Shown: in pieces, positions 1-8,669 of the stretch
Position numbering within the stretch: the first letter of the stretch is position 1
Layout: each line of letters starts with the position of its first letter
Virus record (IMG/VR): IMGVR_UViG_3300032516_000009
Location: 46,923-110,922 of that record
Source: a virus
Strand: one strand, 5' to 3'
Length of the DNA stretch: 64,000 nt
The notes under the pieces: generated by a model
What the model was told of the DNA's origin: nothing
The model's database searches: none
What the model saw: the letters and a program-made list of their open reading frames with translations, nothing else
Translations under genes and position numbers: made by a program

Positions 1-1309
1 GACATACAGAATTGATGGTATTCTTAATTTTGTGTTCAGGAATGCTGGCCCCACGAAGTTTACGGAGAGCAAAATTGTGCAGCCTATGAACCCGTGGTAC
101 GCGTATGCCTGATTGTTCCGCATATTGTCGAACAGTCATCTCAAGGATATCTACGGATCGAATAACCTCTAACTCTTCTGGAGTGAGATTAGCCCCATTA
201 AGTAACCTCTCAACGTCATTTTGGATATCGACAATATCAAATTGCATTCTAGCTTTAGGATCCAACACCACACACTGACGTGATCCGTCTTCCTCATCGG
301 ATTCCCATCCAACTAATTCAGATTCATCCTCTCCAGATGATACCCCATCATTTAGAATCATCTTCGCGAGATCGTCATTGCGAGTCAACGATTTGAAGTT
401 ATTTATAACTTCGTGTTGAATGATATAACTTGTATACTTCAACAGCCCGGCATCTATTCCAGGAGTGAGCGGGTATTTATTTCCGCATTTATCGCAACAA
501 GCGACGGGCCCGTGAAATTCATCCAATTCTTTGACGATAATATGAGTTTCGGCATTCGCCCGACACTTTGGGCATTTCTTAGGACAAGGCTCCGCCTGAC
601 GCATAATATAAAGAGGAACAGTCGATACAATATTGTCTCTACGCCAATGACGTAAGAATGGTGTTAATTGCGCGTCATTCCATCGTAATTTTTTAACATC
701 AGCCTCAACATCAGGATCATCCCATCTATGGGCCAAAGATAATTTCTTGGCCTTCAGAGATGCACGCCCCCTTTTACACTCTGGACATTTATCCCCGATG
801 CATGCATGCTCTGTCAGTTCAGCTGGCTTCAATCTCCCCTGTCTATAGAGAGAGGCCAACGACTCATAGGACTTCAAAGGGTAACCTAATAATCTCAGCA
901 CATGATCGCTATCGATAGTGTGCTTTTGAATTGAATAATAATATCGTTCATAATCAAATTTGGCATAATTTAGCAGATCGATGACCCGCCATAACGAGTC
1001 CGGACTGGACCTCGGGAGGCTATCTTCGACTGGATATAAAGATCCGATATATATAATTGGGGCGCCGCCGAGAATACGCTCAGCCTGTGTTCTATCAACA
1101 AGCTCTTGATCGAGCCTATGTTTAGGGCTGAAAAACCATCGTCCAATAGAATCCTTTGCTAAGAAACGGAGGCGAGCCCTCTGTACCGTATCATCGATTC
1201 TATCCTTATTTCTCTTGAAACTCCTGGATACTTGTAAATGTATCCAAGGGTGCCATTGCACCAGGAAAGACTGATTACTCGGAATATCGACACGGCAATA
1301 CTTCATCAT
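1..1309 (-). CDS. Sigma70-family-like transcription factor with large Zn-ribbon insertion (partial; runs off the window; not in ORF track)
   Basis: Hand-translated open frame of 436 codons from ATG 1309. Region-2-like FLVQWHPWIHLQVSRSFKRNKDRIDDTVQRARLRFL ... LLKYTSYIIQHEVINNFK and region-4 HTH LTPEELEVIRSVDILEMTVRQYAEQSGIRVPRVHRLHNFALRKLR. Confidence 0.6.
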   Translation of the reverse strand, partial: MMKYCRVDIPSNQSFLVQWHPWIHLQVSRSFKRNKDRIDDTVQRARLRFLAKDSIGRWFFSPKHRLDQELVDRTQAERILGGAPIIYIGSLYPVEDSLPRSSPDSLWRVIDLLNYAKFDYERYYYSIQKHTIDSDHVLRLLGYPLKSYESLASLYRQGRLKPAELTEHACIGDKCPECKRGRASLKAKKLSLAHRWDDPDVEADVKKLRWNDAQLTPFLRHWRRDNIVSTVPLYIMRQAEPCPKKCPKCRANAETHIIVKELDEFHGPVACCDKCGNKYPLTPGIDAGLLKYTSYIIQHEVINNFKSLTRNDDLAKMILNDGVSSGEDESELVGWESDEEDGSRQCVVLDPKARMQFDIVDIQNDVERLLNGANLTPEELEVIRSVDILEMTVRQYAEQSGIRVPRVHRLHNFALRKLRGASIPEHKIKNTINSVC

Positions 1310-1412
1310 GTCCCCATGCGGCAACCACTGTGCCGGCTTCGGAATTTGGTCCCAGAATACTGGAGACCGTCTGGCTCTACATCTTACACTCTAACACGGT
1401 CGATTTTCGCGT

Positions 1413-2267
1413 TCAAGATTTTGGATGAAGACCTATAACAATTTCGGTTTTAGCAAGCGGGCTCGAGTTTATTATCCCACCATGTAGGATATCCATGACT
1501 TCCCGATCAGTCAAGGGGGGTTTGTCGTTAGTCAACCAGTCCTGTGCCTTTTTAACTCTATATCGCGAAGGCGCCCAATTGACAAGACATTTACCAGCTC
1601 CATATACACTAAGCCGATCTTCGATCGGAATTTGTGTACACGAGAAAAAAGATTTCCGAATAAGATTCAACCCTATACGGAAACACTTCATACGGTCAGT
1701 AACCAATTCATTCCCACCCCACCCTTCATTGGGATCAGATGTCATTTTATAGGCATGCCCATTGAGTAATATGCGAGTTCTAGTATTACCATCTAGTCCG
1801 GGTCTGCCTAATAGCACCTGCATCATGCACCATGATTGGCCGTTATCCCCTCGAGCCAGCGGACCTATTCCTAAATCAACGTCTTTGCGAAATCCACTTT
1901 CAAAATAAGCCACAGATAGTATTAGAGCTAGTGTTCTGGCACGGCCATATTTGCCAGAAAATATAGGTGGCTCCTCGGGATCATATATTACAGAAATAAG
2001 TGCATTAGCAATCTCTTCATATCTTTGTTTGCCAACTTCAGGAGTCTCTCTGGCATCTTTAACCAGAGATCGTCCCGGGGGCAACCACGATACCATTCGG
2101 TTGACAACCCATTGATGTAGAGAAGTGACGCTAATAGTCTGCGCTTGAATCGCTTGAATGGGGTTAATCAATATTACTTCATTTTGGTTTTCCTCTTGTG
2201 CCTGGGTTGATCCTGTCAGTCCGATCAATCCTAACATCAAAATAACTAAGATCACCTTTTTGAACAT
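1413..2267 (-). CDS. Secreted lytic transglycosylase/lysozyme-like (SLT-type) protein
   Basis: N-terminal signal peptide; SLT-like motifs AYFESGF and GDNGQSWCMMQV. Confidence 0.6.
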   Translation of the reverse strand: MFKKVILVILMLGLIGLTGSTQAQEENQNEVILINPIQAIQAQTISVTSLHQWVVNRMVSWLPPGRSLVKDARETPEVGKQRYEEIANALISVIYDPEEPPIFSGKYGRARTLALILSVAYFESGFRKDVDLGIGPLARGDNGQSWCMMQVLLGRPGLDGNTRTRILLNGHAYKMTSDPNEGWGGNELVTDRMKCFRIGLNLIRKSFFSCTQIPIEDRLSVYGAGKCLVNWAPSRYRVKKAQDWLTNDKPPLTDREVMDILHGGIINSSPLAKTEIVIGLHPKS

Positions 2268-2327
2268 AGCTTTACCTGTTCTTGTACATGATAGGACTCA
2301 ATAATTTGATCACAAACCATGACAAGA

Positions 2328-2606
2328 TTATAAAACGCGAATTAACTCGATGTACTGAGTAAGACCGGTTAGCGATGGCTTATCCGTTCTATATACCAGT
2401 TTGCAACGAGTCACTTCGTACGGTCCTTCAACTAATCGAGAATGACTTGTGCGCGGATCTTTTAACGTAAGGTAAAATTCCACTACCAATCCTTTCGTTA
2501 GTACTGGTAAATCCGGAGCCCTGTATTCATAATGAACTGGGAGGTCCAGAAAAACCAAAAACGTCCTGATGTTCCCACCTACGCTAGTCGATCCACCAAA
2601 AGTCAC
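2328..2606 (-). CDS. Hypothetical protein
   Basis: ORF co-oriented with neighbours; start uncertain. Confidence 0.45.
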   Translation of the reverse strand: MTFGGSTSVGGNIRTFLVFLDLPVHYEYRAPDLPVLTKGLVVEFYLTLKDPRTSHSRLVEGPYEVTRCKLVYRTDKPSLTGLTQYIELIRVL

Positions 2607-2760
2607 TCCCTCCTCACTTTCTATTTGTTATTCGTCTCCAATTTTAAATTTGATGATCCAATGTTCACTCTACTGTAACTGCTGTCTCTACTGCCGTTTC
2701 ACGTGTTCAGACTTCAACATTCAATTTCTTCGAAATTGGAATAACATAGGATAGATCGAA

Positions 2761-3015
2761 ATGAGAAAAAGAAAAAGAAAACAGTGTTTTCTTTTGAATG
2801 AAAGAGGCGACAACGTTCAGTTGGCTGCTTTCATCGAGCAATTTGCTCTGCGTTTTTCTCGAGATCTTCAGAGTGACTCCCTCCGTCAGTTGAATGAGGT
2901 AACCTATGTTTTCCTCACTGAGGTTCCCATGACATTGTATCGTCATGTAGTGCCTCACGGTCCGACCCTATGCGCATCACTCTACACTCACAAACAGTCT
3001 ATTCGTTATGAATAA
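2761..3015 (+). CDS. Hypothetical protein
   Basis: ORF overlapping the start of the next gene. Confidence 0.5.
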   Translation: MRKRKRKQCFLLNERGDNVQLAAFIEQFALRFSRDLQSDSLRQLNEVTYVFLTEVPMTLYRHVVPHGPTLCASLYTHKQSIRYE

Positions 3016-3712
3016 AGATCGATCAAATATTATTGATCAAATAGATAAATGTCTCAAGAGAATGTCCGGATCTAAGGATCGCCCTTATTTCAAACAATTT
3101 CTAGAAAGAATTATAATAAATAATATCGTTCCTGTTGAATTATTGGAAACGATCCCAAAATTAGTTACTTCGGCTGGTAAAACACGGTTTGATCAAATTT
3201 ATGATGCTGCGCTATATTTAGTCTTCCCTAAATATAGAAGAGAAACACTAAACAAATTACTTGGGCCAGAGTTGAATAAAAATGATATTAAGATCTGGCG
3301 GATAATGCTGCCAGATAAATTCAAAATCAGTCATGTACTAATCAGGGCAGATTCTTGTCAACAAGCCTTTGCCCTTGGTTGTGACTATGCATGTCGGATG
3401 TCGTTAAGAATGTATGGAAGAATCCCGACTGATTTGACCATTCGAGTTCAATTTGTGAGTGAGAAAGCTGTTAGACGAATGCTTGATCTCAGATGGGCAA
3501 ATCGAGTGCATAAAAGGAAACAATTGCAATTAGTCGGTAGAGAGTATTCATCAAAGGAGATAGTTGGGGCTCGTTTAGCCGCTATCGGCCATCCGATACA
3601 GTCCAACTATTCAATAGCTAAATATGCTGAAAACAAGGATCTCAAACGATTGTTATGTAAGAAAGGAATACTGCGCATATCATCAGTTGAAACAGAAATA
3701 TTTAAAAAGTGA
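3008..3712 (+). CDS. Hypothetical protein (basic)
   Basis: 234-aa ORF. Confidence 0.7.
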   Translation: MNKDRSNIIDQIDKCLKRMSGSKDRPYFKQFLERIIINNIVPVELLETIPKLVTSAGKTRFDQIYDAALYLVFPKYRRETLNKLLGPELNKNDIKIWRIMLPDKFKISHVLIRADSCQQAFALGCDYACRMSLRMYGRIPTDLTIRVQFVSEKAVRRMLDLRWANRVHKRKQLQLVGREYSSKEIVGARLAAIGHPIQSNYSIAKYAENKDLKRLLCKKGILRISSVETEIFKK

Positions 3713-3717
3713 TCTAT

Positions 3718-4107
3718 TTATAGATATATAACCATGGTTTTTTGGGCATTACACGTAGCAATAACAGGTTTTTCCGATTTTGGTCCAATTTGATTTGAAG
3801 TATAACCAAATTGTTTTAATGTCTCAATCTCATCTATAGAGTTATGTCCTTTCTTTGAATATGAATTGAAAAATTCTATCGGATTTAACTGTTCGCTATT
3901 ATTTTTCTTCCAATTTGATTTGATCTGATCACATTTTGTACACGCATGTGGAAAACCAGACCTAGATGGTTTTATCATTTGACATTTTCGTCTTGAAAAT
4001 TCTTTTGAACAGAAATCACATCTAAGCACAATCAATTTGATGCTACATCGACTGATGTCTTCAATACGATAACCATAAATTTCATGTGTACGGTTTGATA
4101 ACAACAT
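3718..4107 (-). CDS. Zn-ribbon protein resembling a truncated homing-endonuclease-associated domain
   Basis: CxxC pairs and two similar YGY/FGY..I...S.K.. units; ends abruptly. Confidence 0.45.
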   Translation of the reverse strand: MLLSNRTHEIYGYRIEDISRCSIKLIVLRCDFCSKEFSRRKCQMIKPSRSGFPHACTKCDQIKSNWKKNNSEQLNPIEFFNSYSKKGHNSIDEIETLKQFGYTSNQIGPKSEKPVIATCNAQKTMVIYL

Positions 4108-4119
4108 AGGGAGTACTCC

Positions 4120-5286
4120 ATGCAACAGGGAAAAATTAATTTTATCATCGACCAGGCACATGGGTCAAGTGGAAAAGGTAAACTATCACCATGGTTGGTT
4201 GATCATTTCAATTTTAAAAATGTCAGTTCAAGTAACTTCCCGAATGCTGGCCACTGTCTTAGATATACAGATGAATATAAATTCATGGCCAAAGTTATAC
4301 CAACATCGGCTGCATTAAAGAAATTTCAAAATCGTGACATTGTATGCTGGTTAAGCCCAGGGTCTGGCTTCGATCCTGAAAGACTAATATTAGAATGGAA
4401 TGAATCTGGCAGACCACAAATATTTATTCACGAAAGAGCCAGCATAGTAACAAAAGAACATAAATTAAGAGAACAGTCTGGTATTGATTCAACAAAGCAT
4501 ATTGCATCAACTATGCAAGGATCAGCCACTGCGCTAACAGACAAAATACTCAGAAAAGCCAATTGCGTTCTAGCTAAAAATGTTGATTGGAATAAATATG
4601 TGAATCAAAATGATTTATCAGAATTCATGAAGACAGTGAAAATTATGACTGGACAAGAATTTAGAAACAGAACACATGATGAATTAAATAAGATGAACGG
4701 ATTCTGCCATGAAGTATCCCAAGGATACGCACTTTCAATTGATCATGGATCACATTATCCAATGTGCACGAGTAGAAACTGCACACTTCAAGCTGGAATG
4801 GATCAAATGGCAATTCCACCAAAAATGGTGGGTGATGTTTATTTGAATATCAGATCAATACCGATTCGCGTTGGCAACGTGATTGAAAACGGAGAACAAA
4901 AGGGATATTCAGGTGATTTTTATCCGGATAGTATTGAATTAACCTGGGAACAGGTGGCCAAAAATGCTAAGATGCCAGATGAAGAAGTTGAAAAATTAAA
5001 GAAATCTGAGCTAACATCAGTTACAAAACGTCAGCGCAGATGTGCAACTTTTTCATGGATAAACCTTAAAGATGCCGTTCGGGTCAATGGGGCTACTAGA
5101 CTCTGCGTCAATTTCATCCAGTATATTAACTGGAATGACCGTGGGTTAAAAGGCGGAAGAGAAGCTTTTGAGAAGTTATCCAGAGAAAGTCGTGGTTTCA
5201 TTTCTAAGATTGAAGAGGAAGTAAATGTTCCTGTGGTTCTGGTCGGAACCGGTGCTCTCCACGATGAGGTTATCTCTCTTTTATGA
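4120..5286 (+). CDS. purZ: Adenylosuccinate synthetase paralog, PurZ-like
   Basis: DQAHGSSGKGK (Ser where PurA has GDEGKGK Asp), PNAGH, SQGYAL, YPMCTSR, IRVGN, ELTSVTKRQRR, and NFIQY in place of TKLD. Confidence 0.65.
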   Translation: MQQGKINFIIDQAHGSSGKGKLSPWLVDHFNFKNVSSSNFPNAGHCLRYTDEYKFMAKVIPTSAALKKFQNRDIVCWLSPGSGFDPERLILEWNESGRPQIFIHERASIVTKEHKLREQSGIDSTKHIASTMQGSATALTDKILRKANCVLAKNVDWNKYVNQNDLSEFMKTVKIMTGQEFRNRTHDELNKMNGFCHEVSQGYALSIDHGSHYPMCTSRNCTLQAGMDQMAIPPKMVGDVYLNIRSIPIRVGNVIENGEQKGYSGDFYPDSIELTWEQVAKNAKMPDEEVEKLKKSELTSVTKRQRRCATFSWINLKDAVRVNGATRLCVNFIQYINWNDRGLKGGREAFEKLSRESRGFISKIEEEVNVPVVLVGTGALHDEVISLL

Positions 5287-5340
5287 GACTATTTGATTAA
5301 AGTAGAATTCTAATTTGTTCTTGTGTTGGAGGTACTTCAA

Positions 5341-5619
5341 ATGCTTCGTGTCACTTTCATTCTTTGTGCTCTCGCGCTCGTAGCCTGTACCGAGGAATCG
5401 ACTTCGAATGTCGGCGGCTCCGGTGGAACCACTGTAGTTGGAGGATCCGGAGGATCCGGAGGTGCTACTGGCGGCAGTACGGCCGGCGGGATGGGCGGAG
5501 TTGGCGGAGTTGGCGGAGTCGTTGTTGGAGGGGCCGGTGGATCTGGCGGCGCCGTAGTAGGAGGGAATGGTGGTGAGTCTCCTACTGGGGGATCTGGCGG
5601 AGCAGCTGGCAACGGATAA
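5341..5619 (+). CDS. Gly-rich lipoprotein
   Basis: GGAGG RBS, signal peptide with LVAC lipobox, GGxGG repeats. Confidence 0.7.
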   Translation: MLRVTFILCALALVACTEESTSNVGGSGGTTVVGGSGGSGGATGGSTAGGMGGVGGVGGVVVGGAGGSGGAVVGGNGGESPTGGSGGAAGNG

Positions 5620-5680
5620 TATAAATCCGTTGACACCCGACAGGACTTTGGGAATAGGCCATATAACCTATTTCCTCTCC

Positions 5681-6196
5681 TTACGCGACGGCTGTCACAA
5701 AGCCCGTCCACTGTTCAGGGATATCAGTACCCTGAACTCTTAGCGGGCCTACTGGAAGGGCATCCGGACGGCGAGGAACGGTATGCAAGCGCATACCGGC
5801 TTCTTCCGGAGTCTTGTCTCCTTTACCCATATTACAGGCACGGCAAGCGCATACTACATTCTCCCACGTTGTCTCACCTCCGCGAGATTTCGGAAAAACG
5901 TGGTCAAAAGTTAAACGGGAAATTGGAAACTTCTCCAAGCAGTATTGGCAACGTCCGCCATCTCTGGTTACGACGTTAAGCTTGGAAAACTTGACCTTGG
6001 GCTTGATCACCTTAGTCTTACGATGGATACGGACCACCGCTGGAACCTTCATCGATATGGATGGAGAACGAACTTCCTCATCATAATCGATGATAGATTC
6101 AACCTTCTTCTGATACAGATCCACGATGGCATCACGCCAAGTGATGATCTGTATTGGCATATACCAACTTGTTAGCACCAAGGTCCTGCGTTCCAT
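5681..6196 (-). CDS. HNH endonuclease
   Basis: RDGGRCQYC...LTFDHVFPKSRGG...WENVVCACRACN..K. Confidence 0.9.
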   Translation of the reverse strand: MERRTLVLTSWYMPIQIITWRDAIVDLYQKKVESIIDYDEEVRSPSISMKVPAVVRIHRKTKVIKPKVKFSKLNVVTRDGGRCQYCLEKFPISRLTFDHVFPKSRGGETTWENVVCACRACNMGKGDKTPEEAGMRLHTVPRRPDALPVGPLRVQGTDIPEQWTGFVTAVA

Positions 6197-6296
6197 AGCT
6201 TAAGCCTCCTCCGCTCGTTGCTTCAGTCTCCACATGATTCTTCCCTCTGTCTAAGTACACTACAGTGTACTAGAGTTTTAGTGCAATTTACAAGAT

Positions 6297-6461
6297 ATGA
6301 AGCCGTCACAAACTGCAGGTAAACTACGTCAAATTGCTACTGCTATTGAGAACTCAAAGCGACCCGACCGTAATCTGGTTGCAGAAGATCTCAAGAAAAT
6401 AATTGCAAGTTTAACAGAGCCGGATACTGCCGATAAGCCTGAGGCAGAAAATAAAGAATAA
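6297..6461 (+). CDS. 54-aa protein consisting almost only of the shared PS-LRxIA leader (not in ORF track)
   Basis: Translates as MKPSQTAGKLRQIATAIENSKRPDRNLVAEDLKKIIASLTEPDTADKPEAENKE. Confidence 0.7.
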   Translation: MKPSQTAGKLRQIATAIENSKRPDRNLVAEDLKKIIASLTEPDTADKPEAENKE

Positions 6462-6465
6462 TACG

Positions 6466-6541
6466 TGGTGCGGGCGATTGGACTCGGACCAACGACTTCC
6501 AGCTTGTCGAGCTGGCGTTCTACCAACTGAACTACGCCCGC
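6466..6541 (-). tRNA. tRNA-Val(GAC), atypical (C33, C55)
   Basis: Cloverleaf; anticodon arm CCAGC-TCGACAA-GCTGG; encoded CCA. Confidence 0.85.
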
Positions 6542-6582
6542 GATAAATAGTAGGCTGGGACTTGAACCCACAAGCTAAGTAG

Positions 6583-6666
6583 TGGGCGCGGAGGGAATCG
6601 AACCCTCACATCCTTGCGGATCTCCGGGTTTGAGCCGGAGGCGGCTGCCTGTTACGCCACGCGCCC
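6583..6666 (-). tRNA. tRNA-Leu(CAA)
   Basis: TCCGG-CTCAAAC-CCGGA, long variable arm. Confidence 0.9.
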
Positions 6667-6675
6667 ATAAGATAG

Positions 6676-6760
6676 TGGGATCGGAGGGACTCGAACCCTC
6701 ACGCCGATGAACGGCACCAGACTCTGATTCTGGCTTGGCTACCAGTTACAACACGATCCC
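6676..6760 (-). tRNA. tRNA-Leu(CAG)
   Basis: CCAGA-ATCAGAG-TCTGG, long variable arm. Confidence 0.9.
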
Positions 6761-6765
6761 TTGAG

Positions 6766-6849
6766 TGTCTAGGGCGGGAGTCGAACCCGCAAGCCCTTTC
6801 GGGCGCTCGCACCTGAAACGAGAGCGGTTACCTGTTTCGCCACCTAGAC
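6766..6849 (-). tRNA. tRNA-Leu(CAG), second copy
   Basis: CTCGT-TTCAGGT-GCGAG, long variable arm. Confidence 0.9.
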
Positions 6850-6904
6850 AAAAGACTTTTCGAATTGGTACGGTATGGAAGACGCATAATGAAGGAGGAA
6901 CTTC

Positions 6905-7690
6905 ATGTCTTCCAAATATACTATTGAGTCGCTAGAACCAATAGTGAAGAATTCCATTAGCATGTACGGAGTCTTGCGATCTCTTGGTCTTAGATACGCA
7001 GGAGGAAATTGGAAACACATTGCCGATCGTATTAAGTATCTTGGAATAGACACGTCGCATTTCCGCGGGTTGGGATCCAATCATGGTATTAATCATGTTG
7101 GAGGGGTAAAACGAATTGAGTGGCGTGATGTATTGGTCTATAATAGGAAAAACGGTAGACGTGAAACTCAAAGAGTATTGCGTCGTGCTTTAATTGAGTC
7201 TGGTATCAGTGAGAGATGTGAAATATGTAATCTTGACCCGATATGGCATGATAAACCACTAAGCCTACAGATTGATCATAAAAATGGGGATTTTTTAGAC
7301 AATAGACCGGGCAACCCCCGGTTTTTATGTCCGAATTGCCATACTCAAACAGAAAATTACGGATCTAAAAAATTCAAACTACACAAAATGTGTGCATCAT
7401 GTGTACCAAGAACTAAAACCGTACGAACTTGTCTTAAATGTGGTAAACAAATTAACATTAAGTCAAAATACTGTGTTGAATGTGCACGAATCGAAATCCC
7501 GTCCGCTACCAAAATAACTTGGCCAAATGATGGAGAATTACAGTTATTAGTATGGCAGCGTCCGATGACAACTCTTGCAAAGGAATTTGGGGTTTCAGAT
7601 AAAGCAATTCTAAACCGATGCAAAAAACATGGAATTAAAAACCCTCCAACTGGTTATTGGTCGAAAATCAAACACGGAATCATGCCTTAG
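6905..7690 (+). CDS. HNH homing endonuclease with C-terminal HTH
   Basis: LQIDHKNGDFLDNRPGNPRFLCPNCH; LAKEFGVSDKAI. Confidence 0.9.
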   Translation: MSSKYTIESLEPIVKNSISMYGVLRSLGLRYAGGNWKHIADRIKYLGIDTSHFRGLGSNHGINHVGGVKRIEWRDVLVYNRKNGRRETQRVLRRALIESGISERCEICNLDPIWHDKPLSLQIDHKNGDFLDNRPGNPRFLCPNCHTQTENYGSKKFKLHKMCASCVPRTKTVRTCLKCGKQINIKSKYCVECARIEIPSATKITWPNDGELQLLVWQRPMTTLAKEFGVSDKAILNRCKKHGIKNPPTGYWSKIKHGIMP

Positions 7691-7773
7691 TGCGGATGAT
7701 AGGAATCGAACCTACACGGGATCTCTCCCACTTCCACCTCAAAGAAGCGCGTATTCCATTTCGCCACATCCGC
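7691..7773 (-). tRNA. tRNA-Leu(GAG)
   Basis: CTTCT-TTGAGGT-GGAAG, long variable arm. Confidence 0.9.
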
Positions 7774-7800
7774 ATAAGCTTTTGTTCAGGTTAATTTAAT

Positions 7801-8130
7801 ATGCAAAATCAATTGCATAAAATTGCAATATTACTAACTACTCCTAAAGAGTATATTGTTATTCATCGGAGTATGGATGATGTATATACTATCGTAATCA
7901 GTACGGATCAGGTTAGACCAGCGTCTGGAGATTATGCTATCATAAATTTACCCAATGGTGATTCTGTCACCATTGCTAAAGATTTAGATACTATCAAGGC
8001 AAATGAAGATATGACAAACACGGATCTATTGGAAGCATTGCACGAATTTGGAATTATTACGATGGATGATAACGGTAATTATGTTGATAAGGACGGCAAT
8101 CCTGTCGGTCAGGGTAAATCGTCCCCATAA
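7801..8130 (+). CDS. Hypothetical acidic protein with short LxKIA leader
   Basis: 109-aa ORF. Confidence 0.65.
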   Translation: MQNQLHKIAILLTTPKEYIVIHRSMDDVYTIVISTDQVRPASGDYAIINLPNGDSVTIAKDLDTIKANEDMTNTDLLEALHEFGIITMDDNGNYVDKDGNPVGQGKSSP

Positions 8131-8234
8131 TATTTGAGATCCATCTGAATTCCTGATCTCATATCCACCCAAATCTTAGAATTTGAATGGAAAAATTGAG
8201 AAATTCCAAAAATACTTCAGTAACAAAGTGTAAG

Positions 8235-8303
8235 TCGCGGTGAGGGGATCTCGAACCCCTGCGGTCAGACGTATGAAATCCGCCGACAACCCTGATCACC
8301 GCG
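8235..8303 (-). tRNA. tRNA-like gene with CAT anticodon and truncated D arm
   Basis: Perfect acceptor CGCGGTG/CACCGCG, loop TTCATAC, 8-nt T loop; only 69 nt. Confidence 0.6.
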
Positions 8304-8338
8304 GATAGTTAATTCTCCATAGCTACACAGCCATGTAG

Positions 8339-8412
8339 TGTCCCCGACGCGAGTCGAACTCACAACCTTCGGCTCCGGAGGTCGACGCTCTTTCCAATTG
8401 AGCTACGAGGAC
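8339..8412 (-). tRNA. tRNA-Arg(CCG)
   Basis: Loop CTCCGGA; cloverleaf. Confidence 0.9.
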
Positions 8413-8660
8413 CCGAACAGATTATCCCACAGGCTATGCCACGATTCTGCGTCATGCGTGCCATCGCAGAGAAGAGCCCCAACGAACTTTCCTGCATCAC
8501 CACTACACGGCTTGGAGTACTGCAACAGCGCGTCTCGGCGCTTGTCGAAATCTGCTTCATCATACAGGCTCTTCAACCGCTCCCTAGGAATGCGCCGATA
8601 GTTGGTTTCTTCAGATGCGATAACTTGCAGAACGAGGTGACCTGGTACTGGAATCGGCAT
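8403..8660 (-). CDS. Hypothetical protein downstream of the fibre-like gene
   Basis: Starts 10 nt after the upstream stop; same GC-rich composition. Confidence 0.55.
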   Translation of the reverse strand: MPIPVPGHLVLQVIASEETNYRRIPRERLKSLYDEADFDKRRDALLQYSKPCSGDAGKFVGALLCDGTHDAESWHSLWDNLFGSS

Positions 8661-8669
8661 GACGCGCTC

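Noticed and set aside
5337-5711. Pro-rich minus-strand ORF
   Set aside because: It is the antisense shadow of the Gly-rich lipoprotein gene, which has an RBS and a lipobox.
6168-6179. GGTGCTAACAAG match to the RNA module
   Set aside because: It lies within the coding N-terminus (LVLTS) of an HNH gene and has no partner strand, so it is likely chance.
6549-6575. Isolated T arm (GTGGGTTCAAGTCCCA)
   Set aside because: Only a short 3' tRNA fragment with no matching 5' half or module, so it is not called as a gene.
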